Notes: generated by a model not told the origin, from the sequence alone. 64,000 nucleotides of DNA from Nitrospirota bacterium (GCA_963737155.1 CAVTRN010000002.1:1152001-1216000); one strand, 5' to 3'. Shown: positions 38,595 to 49,264, numbered from the stretch's first letter. Program-made: numbers and translations.

Positions 38595-38782
38595 GCCTAC
38601 AAGCTTTCTGGCTGCGGAGGACGCAGAGGGAAAATAAAAAAATATAATTGACAACGCACATACGTTCGAACCTATATCGGCAAAAAAACAATGGTCGTAA
38701 GGTTTAAAAACCCCCATGGTATTTATTTAGTAAAGCATGTTTCTCTGCGACTTATGCGGTAAAAAAACAATCGGAGGTTTCA

Positions 38783-39499
38783 ATGTTAGCAATCAGCGCG
38801 GTGCCCGGACTGGGCACGGGAGTGCTCGGTCTCTTCGGCGAGACCGGCTGGGTCGGAAAGGGGATCGTTTTCATCCTGATGGGTTTCTCGGTTGTGTCCT
38901 GGGCCATGATCCTGCTCAAATATCAATTTTTGAGGAGAGCGGAAAAGGAGTCCCACGACTTTCTCCGTGAATTCCGGAAAACCAAGAATATCGATGCACT
39001 TACGCTGCACGCGGAAACGAAGAAATTCAGCCCACTCTCGACACTATTCCTCGAGGGCTACCGCGAAGCGGAGTCCATTCTCAAAACCCTGCCGGATGGA
39101 AAGGTGACGGATGAGGAGCGGCCGCTCATTTCCCAGGAGATCGAACGTTCTCTCAGGATCACGACGCAGGACGAGATCGTGTACATGGAACGCTATCTCG
39201 CCTTTCTCGGGACGACGGGAACTGTCGGTCCGCTCCTGGGGCTGTTTGGGACGGTATGGGGTATTATGGACGCCTTTTATGGCATCGGCCTCAAGGGGGC
39301 GGGCGACATCGGATCGTTGGCTCCGGGTCTTGCCGCAGCACTCATCAACACCGTTTCAGGCCTCTTTGTGGCGATTCCCGCCGTGATTGCTTATAACTAT
39401 TTTGCTGACAAGATCCGCGACATTGCCATACGGTGCGATTCGTTCTCTATGGAATTCCTGAGCTATCTTGAGCGAAACCTGCTTCGGAGGAAGCCATGA
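38783..39499 (+). CDS. tolQ: TolQ (MotA/TolQ/ExbB family)
   Basis: GPLLGLFGTVWGIM, GLFVAIPAV. Confidence 0.92.
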   Translation: MLAISAVPGLGTGVLGLFGETGWVGKGIVFILMGFSVVSWAMILLKYQFLRRAEKESHDFLREFRKTKNIDALTLHAETKKFSPLSTLFLEGYREAESILKTLPDGKVTDEERPLISQEIERSLRITTQDEIVYMERYLAFLGTTGTVGPLLGLFGTVWGIMDAFYGIGLKGAGDIGSLAPGLAAALINTVSGLFVAIPAVIAYNYFADKIRDIAIRCDSFSMEFLSYLERNLLRRKP

Positions 39500-39915
39500 G
39501 CTTTGAGCGACGGGAACGGCATATTATCCGTGAGCTGAACCTTGTCCCGCTCATCGACGTTCTGCTCACGATTCTTTTCTTTTACATGATTGTCTCGCCC
39601 ATGATGAGCAGGGGGTTGGATGTCAACCTGCCGAAATCCGCCGCCAACAGCATCAAACCCGAAGACCGCATTGTGCTTACGGTAACGCGGGGGCAGGAAC
39701 TTTTCGTCGAAAATGAACGGGTTGATATTTCCCGTCTTAAAAACGTGCTTGATGAGATCCGCAAATCCAAACCTTTGGTCAACGTCTATCTTCGCGCGGA
39801 CAAGAATGCACCCTACGGCGCTGTGGTACAGGTGATGGACGTGGTGAAACGCGCCGGTATTGACCGGCTCGGTATGGTGACAGAAGCTGCGCCGGGTGTC
39901 GAGACAGGCAAATGA
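39496..39915 (+). CDS. tolR: TolR/ExbD
   Basis: LNLVPLIDVLL, LRADKNAPYG. Confidence 0.92.
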   Translation: MSFERRERHIIRELNLVPLIDVLLTILFFYMIVSPMMSRGLDVNLPKSAANSIKPEDRIVLTVTRGQELFVENERVDISRLKNVLDEIRKSKPLVNVYLRADKNAPYGAVVQVMDVVKRAGIDRLGMVTEAAPGVETGK

Positions 39916-40697
39916 GGCCTCCCCTTGGCAGGAAGTTCGACCAATCCGAGAACGAGCTGGTGCTTGCCATCTTTTTTTCTTTTTTTCTGCATGCCGCTCT
40001 TCTTGCGCTCGCGCTTTTCATCATATTTGCTATAAATCCGAAGATATATGTTCCGCCTGTTTATGAGGTCAGGCTAGTGGGACCGCCCTCCCATGCATCG
40101 CCAGCCACCTCATCGGTGGCAGCGGCCGCGCCGACTCCGCCAAAGCCGGAAGCTGCACCGGTAGGGGAGAAGCCTGTGCAGCTGACGAAAAAGGCTCCGG
40201 CGCAGCCTGAAAAGGTATTGCCGAAGAAAGAAGCATTGCCGGCCTTCTCGCCGATGAAGCCGAAGGTTCCCCCAAAAACAGCGGCAAAGACGACAGAAAA
40301 ACCGACAGCGAAACCTGTAGCACCTACAGCCCCTGCAGCACCGGTTGCCTCTGCGTCTTCGCCTATGGGAACGTCGGGGGGAAAGACTGAGGCGGTCGCG
40401 GTGAGTTCCTCGTCGGAGGGACTCAAATTATCGCCCTACCTCGGCCTCGTCCGCGACAAAATTCAGCAGTACTGGAATCCGCCTCCGGGACTTTCGGGGA
40501 AGAAGGCAAAAGTCGAATTTACCGTTCTGCGATCGGGTAGAGTGGGCGAAACGAATCTCATGGCATCGAGTGGCAATTTTTATTTCGACCAGGCGGCGAC
40601 GCGCGCCATCCTGATGTCGAGCCCCTTTCCGCCCATGCCGGAAGACTTTTACAAGGAATATGCTGTGTTCACCGTCGATTTGCAGGAAAGCGAGTAG
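39912..40697 (+). CDS. tolA: TolA/TonB-family protein
   Basis: TM helix, Pro/Lys/Ala-rich linker, C-terminal SSGN.YFD.AA.RAI...PFP. Confidence 0.85.
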   Translation: MRPPLGRKFDQSENELVLAIFFSFFLHAALLALALFIIFAINPKIYVPPVYEVRLVGPPSHASPATSSVAAAAPTPPKPEAAPVGEKPVQLTKKAPAQPEKVLPKKEALPAFSPMKPKVPPKTAAKTTEKPTAKPVAPTAPAAPVASASSPMGTSGGKTEAVAVSSSSEGLKLSPYLGLVRDKIQQYWNPPPGLSGKKAKVEFTVLRSGRVGETNLMASSGNFYFDQAATRAILMSSPFPPMPEDFYKEYAVFTVDLQESE

Positions 40698-40730
40698 GGT
40701 TGATGGTCAAGGGGGAACGGGTACAGAGGG

Positions 40731-41568
40731 TTGGATTTGATCATTTTTTTATTTTAAAAGATAGCTTAGTATGATAATTTGATGTGTCGAAGGGCTAGTC
40801 GGCTTCAAAAACAGTTACTGAGATTGATTCTGGTCTTAACGGTCACAGGTCGAAACTTATGAAGCTGCTCGCCGACCTCAGTGTTGGTGTTATTGTTGTG
40901 GAACATCTGACAGGCTTATGCGCTTTGAGTCTGTGTACGTGGAAGCGGCACGAAGGCCCAAGGATGGTAGCTTGTTATTGTGGGCCAGTCGAAGTCCAAG
41001 GATGATCTCGTGTAAGACAGAAGAGAAGTATTGAGTCATACTGCACAAGACTCTGTGACCGCAGGGCAGAAACGAATAAGGCGAAGAAAGAGATCGAGGC
41101 GATGGAACATGGCAAATTGTAAGAAGAACAAAAAGGTCGGTAAAGGTTATGGGCAATCGTTCACCTCTCATGCTTTTTTGAGGTTTTGCTCGTTTTTTGA
41201 TGCGCAGGGCACTTTCTACGATGCGCTTAACGATATCGGGGACCTGTATGGTCTCATTAAACGTTTCCTTCTCAAGGATGTTGTTAGCTCTGTACAGGGA
41301 AACGGAACTTGTCATCACGAACTCTATAGAAAACGATCCGAACAGGATTTCCCAAGCTACACTGAATTGCAGAAGAAGTCATCATCAGCGCAATTTTCAT
41401 GGCCACCAACCAAAACACCGACAAGGCGCCGGGAGAGTCATCATTACCAAGAAACCTTAAATATGGAGCTTGGGCGAATTAGGGTGCGAATCTATGACGT
41501 TACTCGGCAGCAGCACTGTTCGGCTGCCGCCATAGCTTGTAGCAATAAAATGCCATGTTATCAGGAAC
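40731..41568 (+). mobile_element. IS607-family element copy 3, decayed (broken tnpA, short tnpB 5' fragment, most of the 3' RNA region retained)
   Basis: GAGGG|T junction; TEIDSGLNGHRSKLMKLLAD with stops/frameshifts; MANCKKN...DIGDLYGLIKR; GGCAGCAGCACTGTTCGGCTGCC...CAGGAAC end. Confidence 0.85.
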
Positions 41569-41629
41569 ATTCCTATTTTGAGCCGATATCCCTCATATTC
41601 CCTATCCGAAGTAGCCAGGTTATCATACG

Positions 41630-42916
41630 ATGAAACGCATATTCTCAATCGTAATGTTTTGTATTCTCGCCGCTATTCCTGCGGTAGTTCATTCCCAATA
41701 CTATCTGGGGGTGCTCAACGGAGAAACCAAAAAAATCCCGATCACCGTGCTCGATATCCGCGACCAGACAGGCACTCCCGCGCAGCGCGCGCTGGCGATT
41801 GAGGTCCTGCAGGACGATCTTCGGCGTTCCCAAATATTTGATGTTGTCGATCCGAAGAAGCTGGATCTTCAGATTAAGGATAATTCCGAACCAACAGAAG
41901 AGGTCGTAAGGCGGGGAGGCACGTTCGGACTGACCGGAGTGGTCTGGGGCCAGATCGGGAAAAGCGGCAGCGATATGGTGTTGTCCGGCAAGCTCTACGA
42001 TGCATCATCGGGAATGCAGATCGCGAACAAGGAGTATTTCGGAAACACGGCAACATTCCGGCGCATGGTACACGCCTTTGCTGATGAGATCGTTTTTCGC
42101 TACACCGGAGAAAAAGGTATTGCGCATACGCGCATAGCCTATGTGTCCGACAAGACAAGATTCAAGGAACTGTATGTCATGGACTATGACGGACAGAATC
42201 CACAGCGGGTCACGATAGACCGTTCCATCTGTCTGTCGCCGGCGTGGAGCCCGGACGGCAAGGTTCTCGCCTATGTTTCCTACCGAGACAGGAATCCCGA
42301 TCTATTCGCGCTGAATATGGAAACCGGCAAACGCTGGAAGCTGTCAGGCAGCGAAGGCCTTAATATCTCTCCCGCCTGGTCGCCGGACGGCAAGCGCATT
42401 GCGCTGGCCCTCAGCAAGGACAGTGGCGCCGAGATTTATACTATGAGCAGAAACGGCGACGATCTGGAACGGCTGACCTACGGGGTATCGGACAATGTTT
42501 CTCCTTCTTGGGCGCCGAACGGCAGAGAAATCGTTTTTACCTCGGGTAGGGCAGGCTCACCGCAGCTGTTTGTCATGGGTTCCGACGGAACCGATATTCG
42601 CAGAATATCTTTTCAGGGGAACTATAACGCTTCCCCAGACTGGTCATCGCGGGGTGACCGCATTGTGTTTGCAACACAGGTAGGTAGTGTATTCAAGATC
42701 GCGACTATGAATCCCGATGGATCGGACTTTCGCATACTCACGAGCGGACGGGGAAGCGATGAAAACCCGTCGTGGTCGCCTTCGGGCAGGCAGATCGTTT
42801 TCAGTTCGAACCGCGAGGGAAAATTTAATATTTATACCATGAACGCTAACGGAACAGACCTTGAGCGCCTCACGCCGAACGATGCGAATTATACCTCGCC
42901 GGCCTGGTCGCCATAA
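41630..42916 (+). CDS. tolB: Tol-Pal beta-propeller protein TolB
   Basis: Signal peptide, TRIAYV, repeated SPAWSPDG. Confidence 0.95.
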   Translation: MKRIFSIVMFCILAAIPAVVHSQYYLGVLNGETKKIPITVLDIRDQTGTPAQRALAIEVLQDDLRRSQIFDVVDPKKLDLQIKDNSEPTEEVVRRGGTFGLTGVVWGQIGKSGSDMVLSGKLYDASSGMQIANKEYFGNTATFRRMVHAFADEIVFRYTGEKGIAHTRIAYVSDKTRFKELYVMDYDGQNPQRVTIDRSICLSPAWSPDGKVLAYVSYRDRNPDLFALNMETGKRWKLSGSEGLNISPAWSPDGKRIALALSKDSGAEIYTMSRNGDDLERLTYGVSDNVSPSWAPNGREIVFTSGRAGSPQLFVMGSDGTDIRRISFQGNYNASPDWSSRGDRIVFATQVGSVFKIATMNPDGSDFRILTSGRGSDENPSWSPSGRQIVFSSNREGKFNIYTMNANGTDLERLTPNDANYTSPAWSP

Positions 42917-43365
42917 GACTGCAGGGTGAGAATACATTCCTTCGGTATATTATGGATGGGGGAGGCAGCGAAGGCAGGGTTGGCCGTCTCGCTGCCGCTG
43001 CCAAGAGTCAACTTTACATTCCGATACCTGACCGGAATCCTGTATCCTCGGATCAACGCTACCGCGCCTGTGCCCTCTCTCTCCTACCTCTCAAGCTTTA
43101 TACCGCTCAAAAGCGCATATGCTATACTCTTAAAAAGGACTTTTTTTCTCATGCCTGACCAAGAGCAGTGAGAATAGGTAAGACTTTTTGCCACAGAGGC
43201 CGAAGAGATCACAGAGCATAACGAAGCAAAGAAAAAATCGCAATCTTTCAATAAACTTCTTTATCCGCGAGCTCTGCTCTGCTAGCGTTATGGTAAATTT
43301 ACTTCCTATTTCGCGCAGATGGCACAGAGTATGTTTTTTATTGTGTGCAGAATAAAGAGAACGAG

Positions 43366-43812
43366 ATGCCGCATTTCGGGTTGATGAATGAAAGAAACAT
43401 GGGCCCTGTTGAAGGCCCTTTCCTGCGTGCACGTCTTCATATTCGCGGAGGGAAGCGCAGACTGCGGGAGGGTAAAATCGCAGCGGGCATTGTGACACTC
43501 TACGATGCGCTCGATGCCGCGATGATGGCTTACGTCGCCGATGAAGAGCATAAGAAGCGCTTGACGGTCAAGGCAGGCGAGGATTTGTATAATGACAGGA
43601 CACTGTTCGAAGTGCTCGTCCGTTCACAGGTGCTCGACGGAACCTTTGATTTTGACGGTTTTGACCATCTGACGGAACGGGCCTTGCACGAAGAGATGCC
43701 AGGTTATGATTATCGCGATGTCCTCACAGGCTTGGAATCCGTCATGCAACAGCTTGGAGTCATGCCCTTTGACGAGAACACTCTCCCGCCGGAAGATCCG
43801 ACGACGTTTTGA
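43366..43812 (+). CDS. Hypothetical protein, possible HEPN-like helical fold
   Basis: 148-aa ORF; RARLHI..GKRRL..G...AGIVTLYDAL.AAM pattern. Confidence 0.7.
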   Translation: MPHFGLMNERNMGPVEGPFLRARLHIRGGKRRLREGKIAAGIVTLYDALDAAMMAYVADEEHKKRLTVKAGEDLYNDRTLFEVLVRSQVLDGTFDFDGFDHLTERALHEEMPGYDYRDVLTGLESVMQQLGVMPFDENTLPPEDPTTF

Positions 43813-43910
43813 AGACAGAAAAAAAGTGATTGAGACGGGATGAAAGGGAAAAACGATTGGCATTCCCGGTCCTTACCGGGTGTCTTCGCTTCAAGGGTGG
43901 ACGCAGATTT

Positions 43911-45875
43911 ATGAACAGACTTGTGAATGAACAATCAGCTTATCTTAAACACGCGTCGCAGCAAAAGATCGACTGGTATCCATGGACGGAGGATGCTTTC
44001 GATATTGCAAGACGGGAAGATAAACCTGTTTTTCTGAGCACTGGAGCAGTATGGTGCCATTGGTGCCATGTTATGGCGCAAGAAACTTTTGAAGACGAAG
44101 AGACGGTGCGGCTCATGAACAAGCTCTTTATCAATGTCAAGCTTGATCGCGACGAACGTCCCGAAATTGATCGCAGATATCAGCAAGTTGTTGCGGCCCT
44201 CGGCGGAGGCAGCGGCTGGCCTCTCTCGGTATTCCTGACGCCGGACAAGCAGGCATTTTACGGTGGCACCTATTTTCCGCCTGAAGACCGGCAGGGGAGA
44301 CCGGGTTTTAAAAAAGTACTCATATCGGTTGCCGATTATTACAGGACAAAGCGGGGAGATGCTCTCGTCTATGCCCAGCGCGTCATGGGCGTACTCAAGA
44401 CTGAGCCGCTGCCCGCTGAAGAGCTCAACGAATCACTGGTTCGGGAAGCAGAGGAGGCCATGCTTGGAGTTTTCGACCTGCAAAACGGGGGATTCGGCAC
44501 TGCGCCCAAGTTTCCCATGCCTGGCGCGCTGGAATTTCTGATCCGGCGTTCTCCGGTAAGCTCAAATCCCTTGGTGGGCAAAGCCGCCCACAGAATGCTG
44601 GATGCTATGTCCGATGGCGGTGTTCATGACCATCTTGGCGGCGGGTTTCACCGCTATTCCGTCGATGAGGCGTGGATTGTGCCACACTTCGAAAAAATGG
44701 CTGATGACAATGCGGGACTCCTCAAAAATTACATCGATGGTTACTCGGTATTCGGTGATGAGCGGTTCCGCATTGTTGCAAGAGGCATCATTGATTTCAC
44801 CCGTAGCGTACTGTCCGATCCTGGAGGAGGATTCTATGCGAGCCAGGACGCAGATGTAACGCCTGATGATGAGGGCGGCTACTTTACCTGGACTGAGGAA
44901 GATTTCAGGCAGGCTCTCAACCCCGATGAATATGCCGTGCTGTCATCCTATTATCTGCACGAACGGGGGAACATGCATCATGATCCAGGGAAACGGGTGC
45001 TTTATGTTACGCGATCCTTGCAGGAGATTGCTCAACAGCTGGGGAAAGATCCGGACGAGGCGGAACGTATTCTCGAGCAGGGAAGGTCAAAATTGCTATC
45101 AAAGCGCATCTATCGAGATACGCCTTTTATCGACCAGGCGCTGTATCCGTCATTGAACGGCATGCTGATTGCGTCGTATCTCCATGCCTTCATGGTGTTT
45201 GGCGATGAGGAGGTAAAGTCTTTCGGTGTGAAGAGCCTTGATCGTATTCTTCGAGATTGTATCGTCGATGGCGTGTTGATGCATGCGGACAGTGTCCCTG
45301 CCGTGCTTGACGATTACGTCAACCTTATTGACGCACTGATCGTGGGTTACGAGGCAACGGCCTGGAGACGGTATCTCTCTCAGGCGGACGAACTTATGTC
45401 GATGTGCATCGATAAGTATTCCGACAAGCAGGAAGGCGGCTTTTTTGATACGGAGCAGGAGGTTCTTGGCGCGAGGCTTAAACGCATGGAGGATGTTCCT
45501 CATCCCTCGGCTAATGCACTAGCTATTATGCTTCTCCTGAAGCTTTCGCTTATGACAGGAAAGAATGAATATCGCAAGGTGGCGGAACAGTCGCTCAAAA
45601 TCTTTTCAGCGCTGGCACGAGAGATGGGTGTGCATGCAGGAGCTTATTTCTGTGGTATTGACGCGTCATTTCGCATGATCAAACTGACTGTCGAAGCTCA
45701 TCCAGAGAGCGAACTTGCCCGCGCTGCCCGTGCTTTTGCCGGGAAGCAGTATGCTGCGATCGTTTATGGTGAAGACCGGGGAAGGGTAATCCCCTGTCTG
45801 CGGGATATCTGCCTCGAACCAATCAGCGAGCCTGATATTCTTCGCGACCTGCACGCTCGGCTTCCGAGACTATAA
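43911..45875 (+). CDS. YyaL/SPATA20-family thioredoxin-domain protein (DUF255)
   Basis: MNRL..EQSAYL.HA, WCHWCHVM, DRDERPEID, GGFHRYSVD, PHFEKM. Confidence 0.93.
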   Translation: MNRLVNEQSAYLKHASQQKIDWYPWTEDAFDIARREDKPVFLSTGAVWCHWCHVMAQETFEDEETVRLMNKLFINVKLDRDERPEIDRRYQQVVAALGGGSGWPLSVFLTPDKQAFYGGTYFPPEDRQGRPGFKKVLISVADYYRTKRGDALVYAQRVMGVLKTEPLPAEELNESLVREAEEAMLGVFDLQNGGFGTAPKFPMPGALEFLIRRSPVSSNPLVGKAAHRMLDAMSDGGVHDHLGGGFHRYSVDEAWIVPHFEKMADDNAGLLKNYIDGYSVFGDERFRIVARGIIDFTRSVLSDPGGGFYASQDADVTPDDEGGYFTWTEEDFRQALNPDEYAVLSSYYLHERGNMHHDPGKRVLYVTRSLQEIAQQLGKDPDEAERILEQGRSKLLSKRIYRDTPFIDQALYPSLNGMLIASYLHAFMVFGDEEVKSFGVKSLDRILRDCIVDGVLMHADSVPAVLDDYVNLIDALIVGYEATAWRRYLSQADELMSMCIDKYSDKQEGGFFDTEQEVLGARLKRMEDVPHPSANALAIMLLLKLSLMTGKNEYRKVAEQSLKIFSALAREMGVHAGAYFCGIDASFRMIKLTVEAHPESELARAARAFAGKQYAAIVYGEDRGRVIPCLRDICLEPISEPDILRDLHARLPRL

Positions 45876-45932
45876 GGGTCCCATTGGGAAATTGAATTCA
45901 TGACGATCCTTGGCGGTTGAATCCGGGGAGGG

Positions 45933-46021
45933 TAATAATACTATAATATACTATTTACATGAAATTAAACTTATGCGCAAATAAGCAGGGTATAACCTAC
46001 CAAACGGCTTGGAAATGGTGG
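45933..46021 (+). pseudogene. IS607 left end plus tnpA N-terminal relic (copy 4)
   Basis: GAGGG|T junction; MKLNLCANKQGITYQTAWKWW vs MKLSVWAKQQGITYQAAWKWW at 56079. Confidence 0.8.
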
Positions 46022-46237
46022 ATAATCGCATTTATCGAGGAAGACATTTTCTATGATTCTAAACTACGCAGGAACACGAAGACGTACTCTGACTGCCAAT
46101 CTTTGATTCCCACCGAGGAGCATTGCCGGGGTACTCCTCTTTTTTCTCTTTCTTTCCCGCAGAATATATAAATTTCGGCTTGACAGTAGTGTGTAATCGG
46201 GTGTATTGTACCGTGTCTTTGTTGCTGATGCAGATCG

Positions 46238-46265
46238 AAAAAGCCCCTAATGAGGGGCTTTTTTT
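46238..46265. terminator. Intrinsic, possibly bidirectional terminator hairpin
   Basis: AAAAAGCCCCT-AATG-AGGGGCTTTTTTT. Confidence 0.75.
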
Positions 46266-46446
46266 ACCACTGGCGCAAAAACATGCTGGATCGTTTTTAG
46301 CAACGTTTAGTTGGTTACCCGCCGGCAAAAAAGCGATACATCAAATACAGCAAGGTGTATAGGGCACAGCAAACGCGGCAGCGATTGGGCAGTATGCCGC
46401 CATGTTTCATGCGCTATGCGCTATGCGGGTTTTTTGAGGAGTCACC

Positions 46447-47556
46447 ATGTGCCGTTTAAGTGCAATCACCTCGCGCGATTATATCTCCCCCATGGAAAAC
46501 ATCCATGCGCTTGAGACCATGAAAGAAGGCCACGATGGATCGGGCCTCGGGCTTATGCTGAAGGACATGGGCGGGCCTTTCGTTGATTTCAAACAGTATC
46601 CGACGCTATCCGCTATCTGCTCGAACAAAGGGCTTCAACTTCTCGATGGATACATGAAGGCTCAAGGGTTCCTAGAAATATTTTTCTGGGAGCCGCCGAT
46701 CGAAAATGTGGCCGGTGTTGAGCGTCGCGAACATTACCTCGCCAAGGTGTACGATTATCCTTCGTTGTACAAGGACAAGACACAGCGCGAGAAGGAAGAT
46801 CTTCTCATGCAGACCAGGCTTGCTCTCCGGATGATGGGCGAGCCTGACGGCTCGCTCTTTGTTTTCTCTTTTTACCCCGATGTGCTGACGCTCAAGGAAG
46901 TGGGAGATCCCCTGCAACTCGGTGAGTTCTTCGGCATCGAGAAGTCGGGCATTCGGTCAAAGATCGTCCTGGCTCAAGGTCGGCAGAACACGAATTACGC
47001 CATCTACCTTTACGCCTGTCATCCTTTTTTCATTCAGGGCTACGCCACCATGACGAATGGCGAGAATACGGCCTTTGTGCCGATCCGCGAGTTCCTCACG
47101 GGCCGCGGTAACCCGGGGTATATTGGCTACAATTCCGATTCTGAGGTGTTCACCCACATCTTGCATTATTTGAACAGGACACTCGGTTACCCGCTTCATT
47201 ATTATAAGGACATTATCACGCCGCTGAAGGACGCTGAGATCGGACAGAGATCGGACGCCGCAGCGTTGCGGCTACTGAAAAAATCGCTCCGGCCCCTCTG
47301 CATCGACGGCCCGAACTGCGTTATCGGGTTCACGCCCGACGGCTCTGTCTTCATGGTGCATGATTCGAAAAAGCTGCGGCCCGGCGCGGTCGGCGGCAAG
47401 CCCGGCAAGTACGTGCTCATGTCCGAGGTCTGCGGAATGGACAGTGTGATCCCTGACCGGGATAAATCAAAAGACATCTTCCCTATGAAGTACGATATGG
47501 TGGTGATCGCGCCCGAAGCGCGGGAGGTCAAGGTATGGAATCAGCTTCACGATTAG
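46447..47556 (+). CDS. Split glutamate synthase, class II glutamine amidotransferase subunit (GltB1-like)
   Basis: N-terminal nucleophile M-C-R, GHDGSG, ACHPF, TNGE, SDSEV, LRP. Confidence 0.88.
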   Translation: MCRLSAITSRDYISPMENIHALETMKEGHDGSGLGLMLKDMGGPFVDFKQYPTLSAICSNKGLQLLDGYMKAQGFLEIFFWEPPIENVAGVERREHYLAKVYDYPSLYKDKTQREKEDLLMQTRLALRMMGEPDGSLFVFSFYPDVLTLKEVGDPLQLGEFFGIEKSGIRSKIVLAQGRQNTNYAIYLYACHPFFIQGYATMTNGENTAFVPIREFLTGRGNPGYIGYNSDSEVFTHILHYLNRTLGYPLHYYKDIITPLKDAEIGQRSDAAALRLLKKSLRPLCIDGPNCVIGFTPDGSVFMVHDSKKLRPGAVGGKPGKYVLMSEVCGMDSVIPDRDKSKDIFPMKYDMVVIAPEAREVKVWNQLHD

Positions 47557-49190
47557 ACAAAAACCATCAGCTCTCATTAAAAGAGCTTCCCTATATAATC
47601 CAGTGGCGTGAGGATCGCTGCACTCGCTGTGGCCGCTGTACGGCAGTCTGCCCCATGAAATCCATCGAGGCCACGGTTTACACCCAGCGCGTTGTTTCAT
47701 CTGCGGGTGCGAACCCGGAGCCCCAGGTCACACGCAGGCTCACCCAGGTGGTGCGCCAGGTTACGGAAATCGACCGTTATTGCATCGGGTGCGGCACCTG
47801 CTCCCTCGTATGCCCGACGGACGCAATTTTCCCGGAATACAACTTTCAGCATAAGCTCTACCATTACAAGAACAAGGGCGGCGTCCCCTTTATGCGCGGC
47901 GGCAGGCGGAACGATCCGTCCATCTCGACGCTCGATAAGCTGAAATTCACCCGCATATCGATGTTGACTGATCCGGCCCTCGATGCAGGCAGGCATGAAT
48001 TCCGCATTCGGACGCTCCTGGGCAGGAACCTTCCGGCGGAGCAGCTTCCACTTAAGGCCGAGGGTGATCAACTTCTGGTTAGCGATTACATCTTTATCCC
48101 GCCGGTGCGCGAGATATTTCCTATCAGGATTGGATCCATGTCCATTGGCGCGCTATCTCCTCATATGTGGGAAGGTCTTGCTATGGGCATCACCTACCTC
48201 AATGAGGTCGAAGGCATTCCTGTGGTGATGTGCTCGGGTGAGGGTGGCATGCCGCCGAGCATTTTAAAATCACGCTATATAAAGTATTTCATTCTCCAGA
48301 TCGCATCGGGGTATTTTGGCTGGGATGAAATTATCCGCTCCCTACCTGATATGATTGAAGATCCTGCGGCCATCGAGATCAAGTACGGCCAGGGCGCCAA
48401 ACCCGGCGATGGCGGGTTGCTTCAGGCCTACAAGGTTCTCGGTCTCATTGCGAAAATCCGCGGCGTGCCGCAATTCGTCGACCTGGCATCACCGCCCACA
48501 CACCAGACCAAGTACTCAATCGAAGAGGCTGTAGCGAAGATGATCCAGTCAATGTCCATGGCCTGGGGCTTCCGCGTGCCGGTCTATCCCAAGATCTCCG
48601 GTACAAAGACGGCCCGGGCCGTGCTGAATAACCTTGCCCGGAACCCGTACGCGGCGGCGCTCTGCATCGACGGCGAGGACGGTGGAACAGGCGCAGCGTA
48701 CAATGTATCGATGGACAAGATGGGCCATCCCATTGCATCTAATATCCGCGACTGCTACCTCGATCTCGTGAAACAGGGTAAGCAGAACGAGCTTCCGCTT
48801 ATCGCCGCAGGCGGCGTGGGCAAGGGTGGCAACTTAGCAGCCAACGCAGCAGGGCTTATCATGCTCGGCGCTTCCGCGGTCGATACCGGTAAGTATATCA
48901 TGCAGGCTGCGGCAGGCTGCTTCGGCGATGAATACAACCGCTGCAACGTTTGCAATCTGGGCAAATGCCCGCGCGGCATCACGACCCAGGATCCGAAGCT
49001 CTACCGTAGGCTTGACCCCGACAAGGTGGCTGAGCGCGTGGTGGAAGTATTCAAGGCTGCGGATGTGGAGCTCAAGAAAATATTCGCGCCGCTGGGCCGG
49101 AGCACCGAACTGCCGATCGGCATGTCCGATGCTTTGGGCGTGGCGGATAAGGAAATCGCGGAACGGCTGCAGATTTCCTATGTTTGCTAA
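47535..49190 (+). CDS. Split glutamate synthase, FMN-binding subunit with N-terminal 2[4Fe-4S] ferredoxin (GltB2-like)
   Basis: Two CxxCxxCxxxCP; MSIGALS, SGEGG, QIASG, EIKYGQGAKPGDGG, GGTGA, C..C..G.CP.GITTQDP. Confidence 0.92.
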   Translation: MESASRLDKNHQLSLKELPYIIQWREDRCTRCGRCTAVCPMKSIEATVYTQRVVSSAGANPEPQVTRRLTQVVRQVTEIDRYCIGCGTCSLVCPTDAIFPEYNFQHKLYHYKNKGGVPFMRGGRRNDPSISTLDKLKFTRISMLTDPALDAGRHEFRIRTLLGRNLPAEQLPLKAEGDQLLVSDYIFIPPVREIFPIRIGSMSIGALSPHMWEGLAMGITYLNEVEGIPVVMCSGEGGMPPSILKSRYIKYFILQIASGYFGWDEIIRSLPDMIEDPAAIEIKYGQGAKPGDGGLLQAYKVLGLIAKIRGVPQFVDLASPPTHQTKYSIEEAVAKMIQSMSMAWGFRVPVYPKISGTKTARAVLNNLARNPYAAALCIDGEDGGTGAAYNVSMDKMGHPIASNIRDCYLDLVKQGKQNELPLIAAGGVGKGGNLAANAAGLIMLGASAVDTGKYIMQAAAGCFGDEYNRCNVCNLGKCPRGITTQDPKLYRRLDPDKVAERVVEVFKAADVELKKIFAPLGRSTELPIGMSDALGVADKEIAERLQISYVC

Positions 49191-49264
49191 TTAACCACAG
49201 GTGACATGGTGTAAACCGTGTGCGAAGCCAGTGGCATATATTGGACTGTTTAAGGTAAAAAAAC

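Noticed and set aside
41031-41633. 200-aa ORF as a real gene in the tol operon
   Set aside because: Chimeric frame across the tnpA/tnpB relics and the RNA region of IS607 copy 3.
46268-46378. sigma54 promoter for the glutamate synthase operon
   Set aside because: TGGCGC...TGC has the wrong GG-GC spacing, and the alternative GGGCAC-N5-ACGC matches the consensus poorly.
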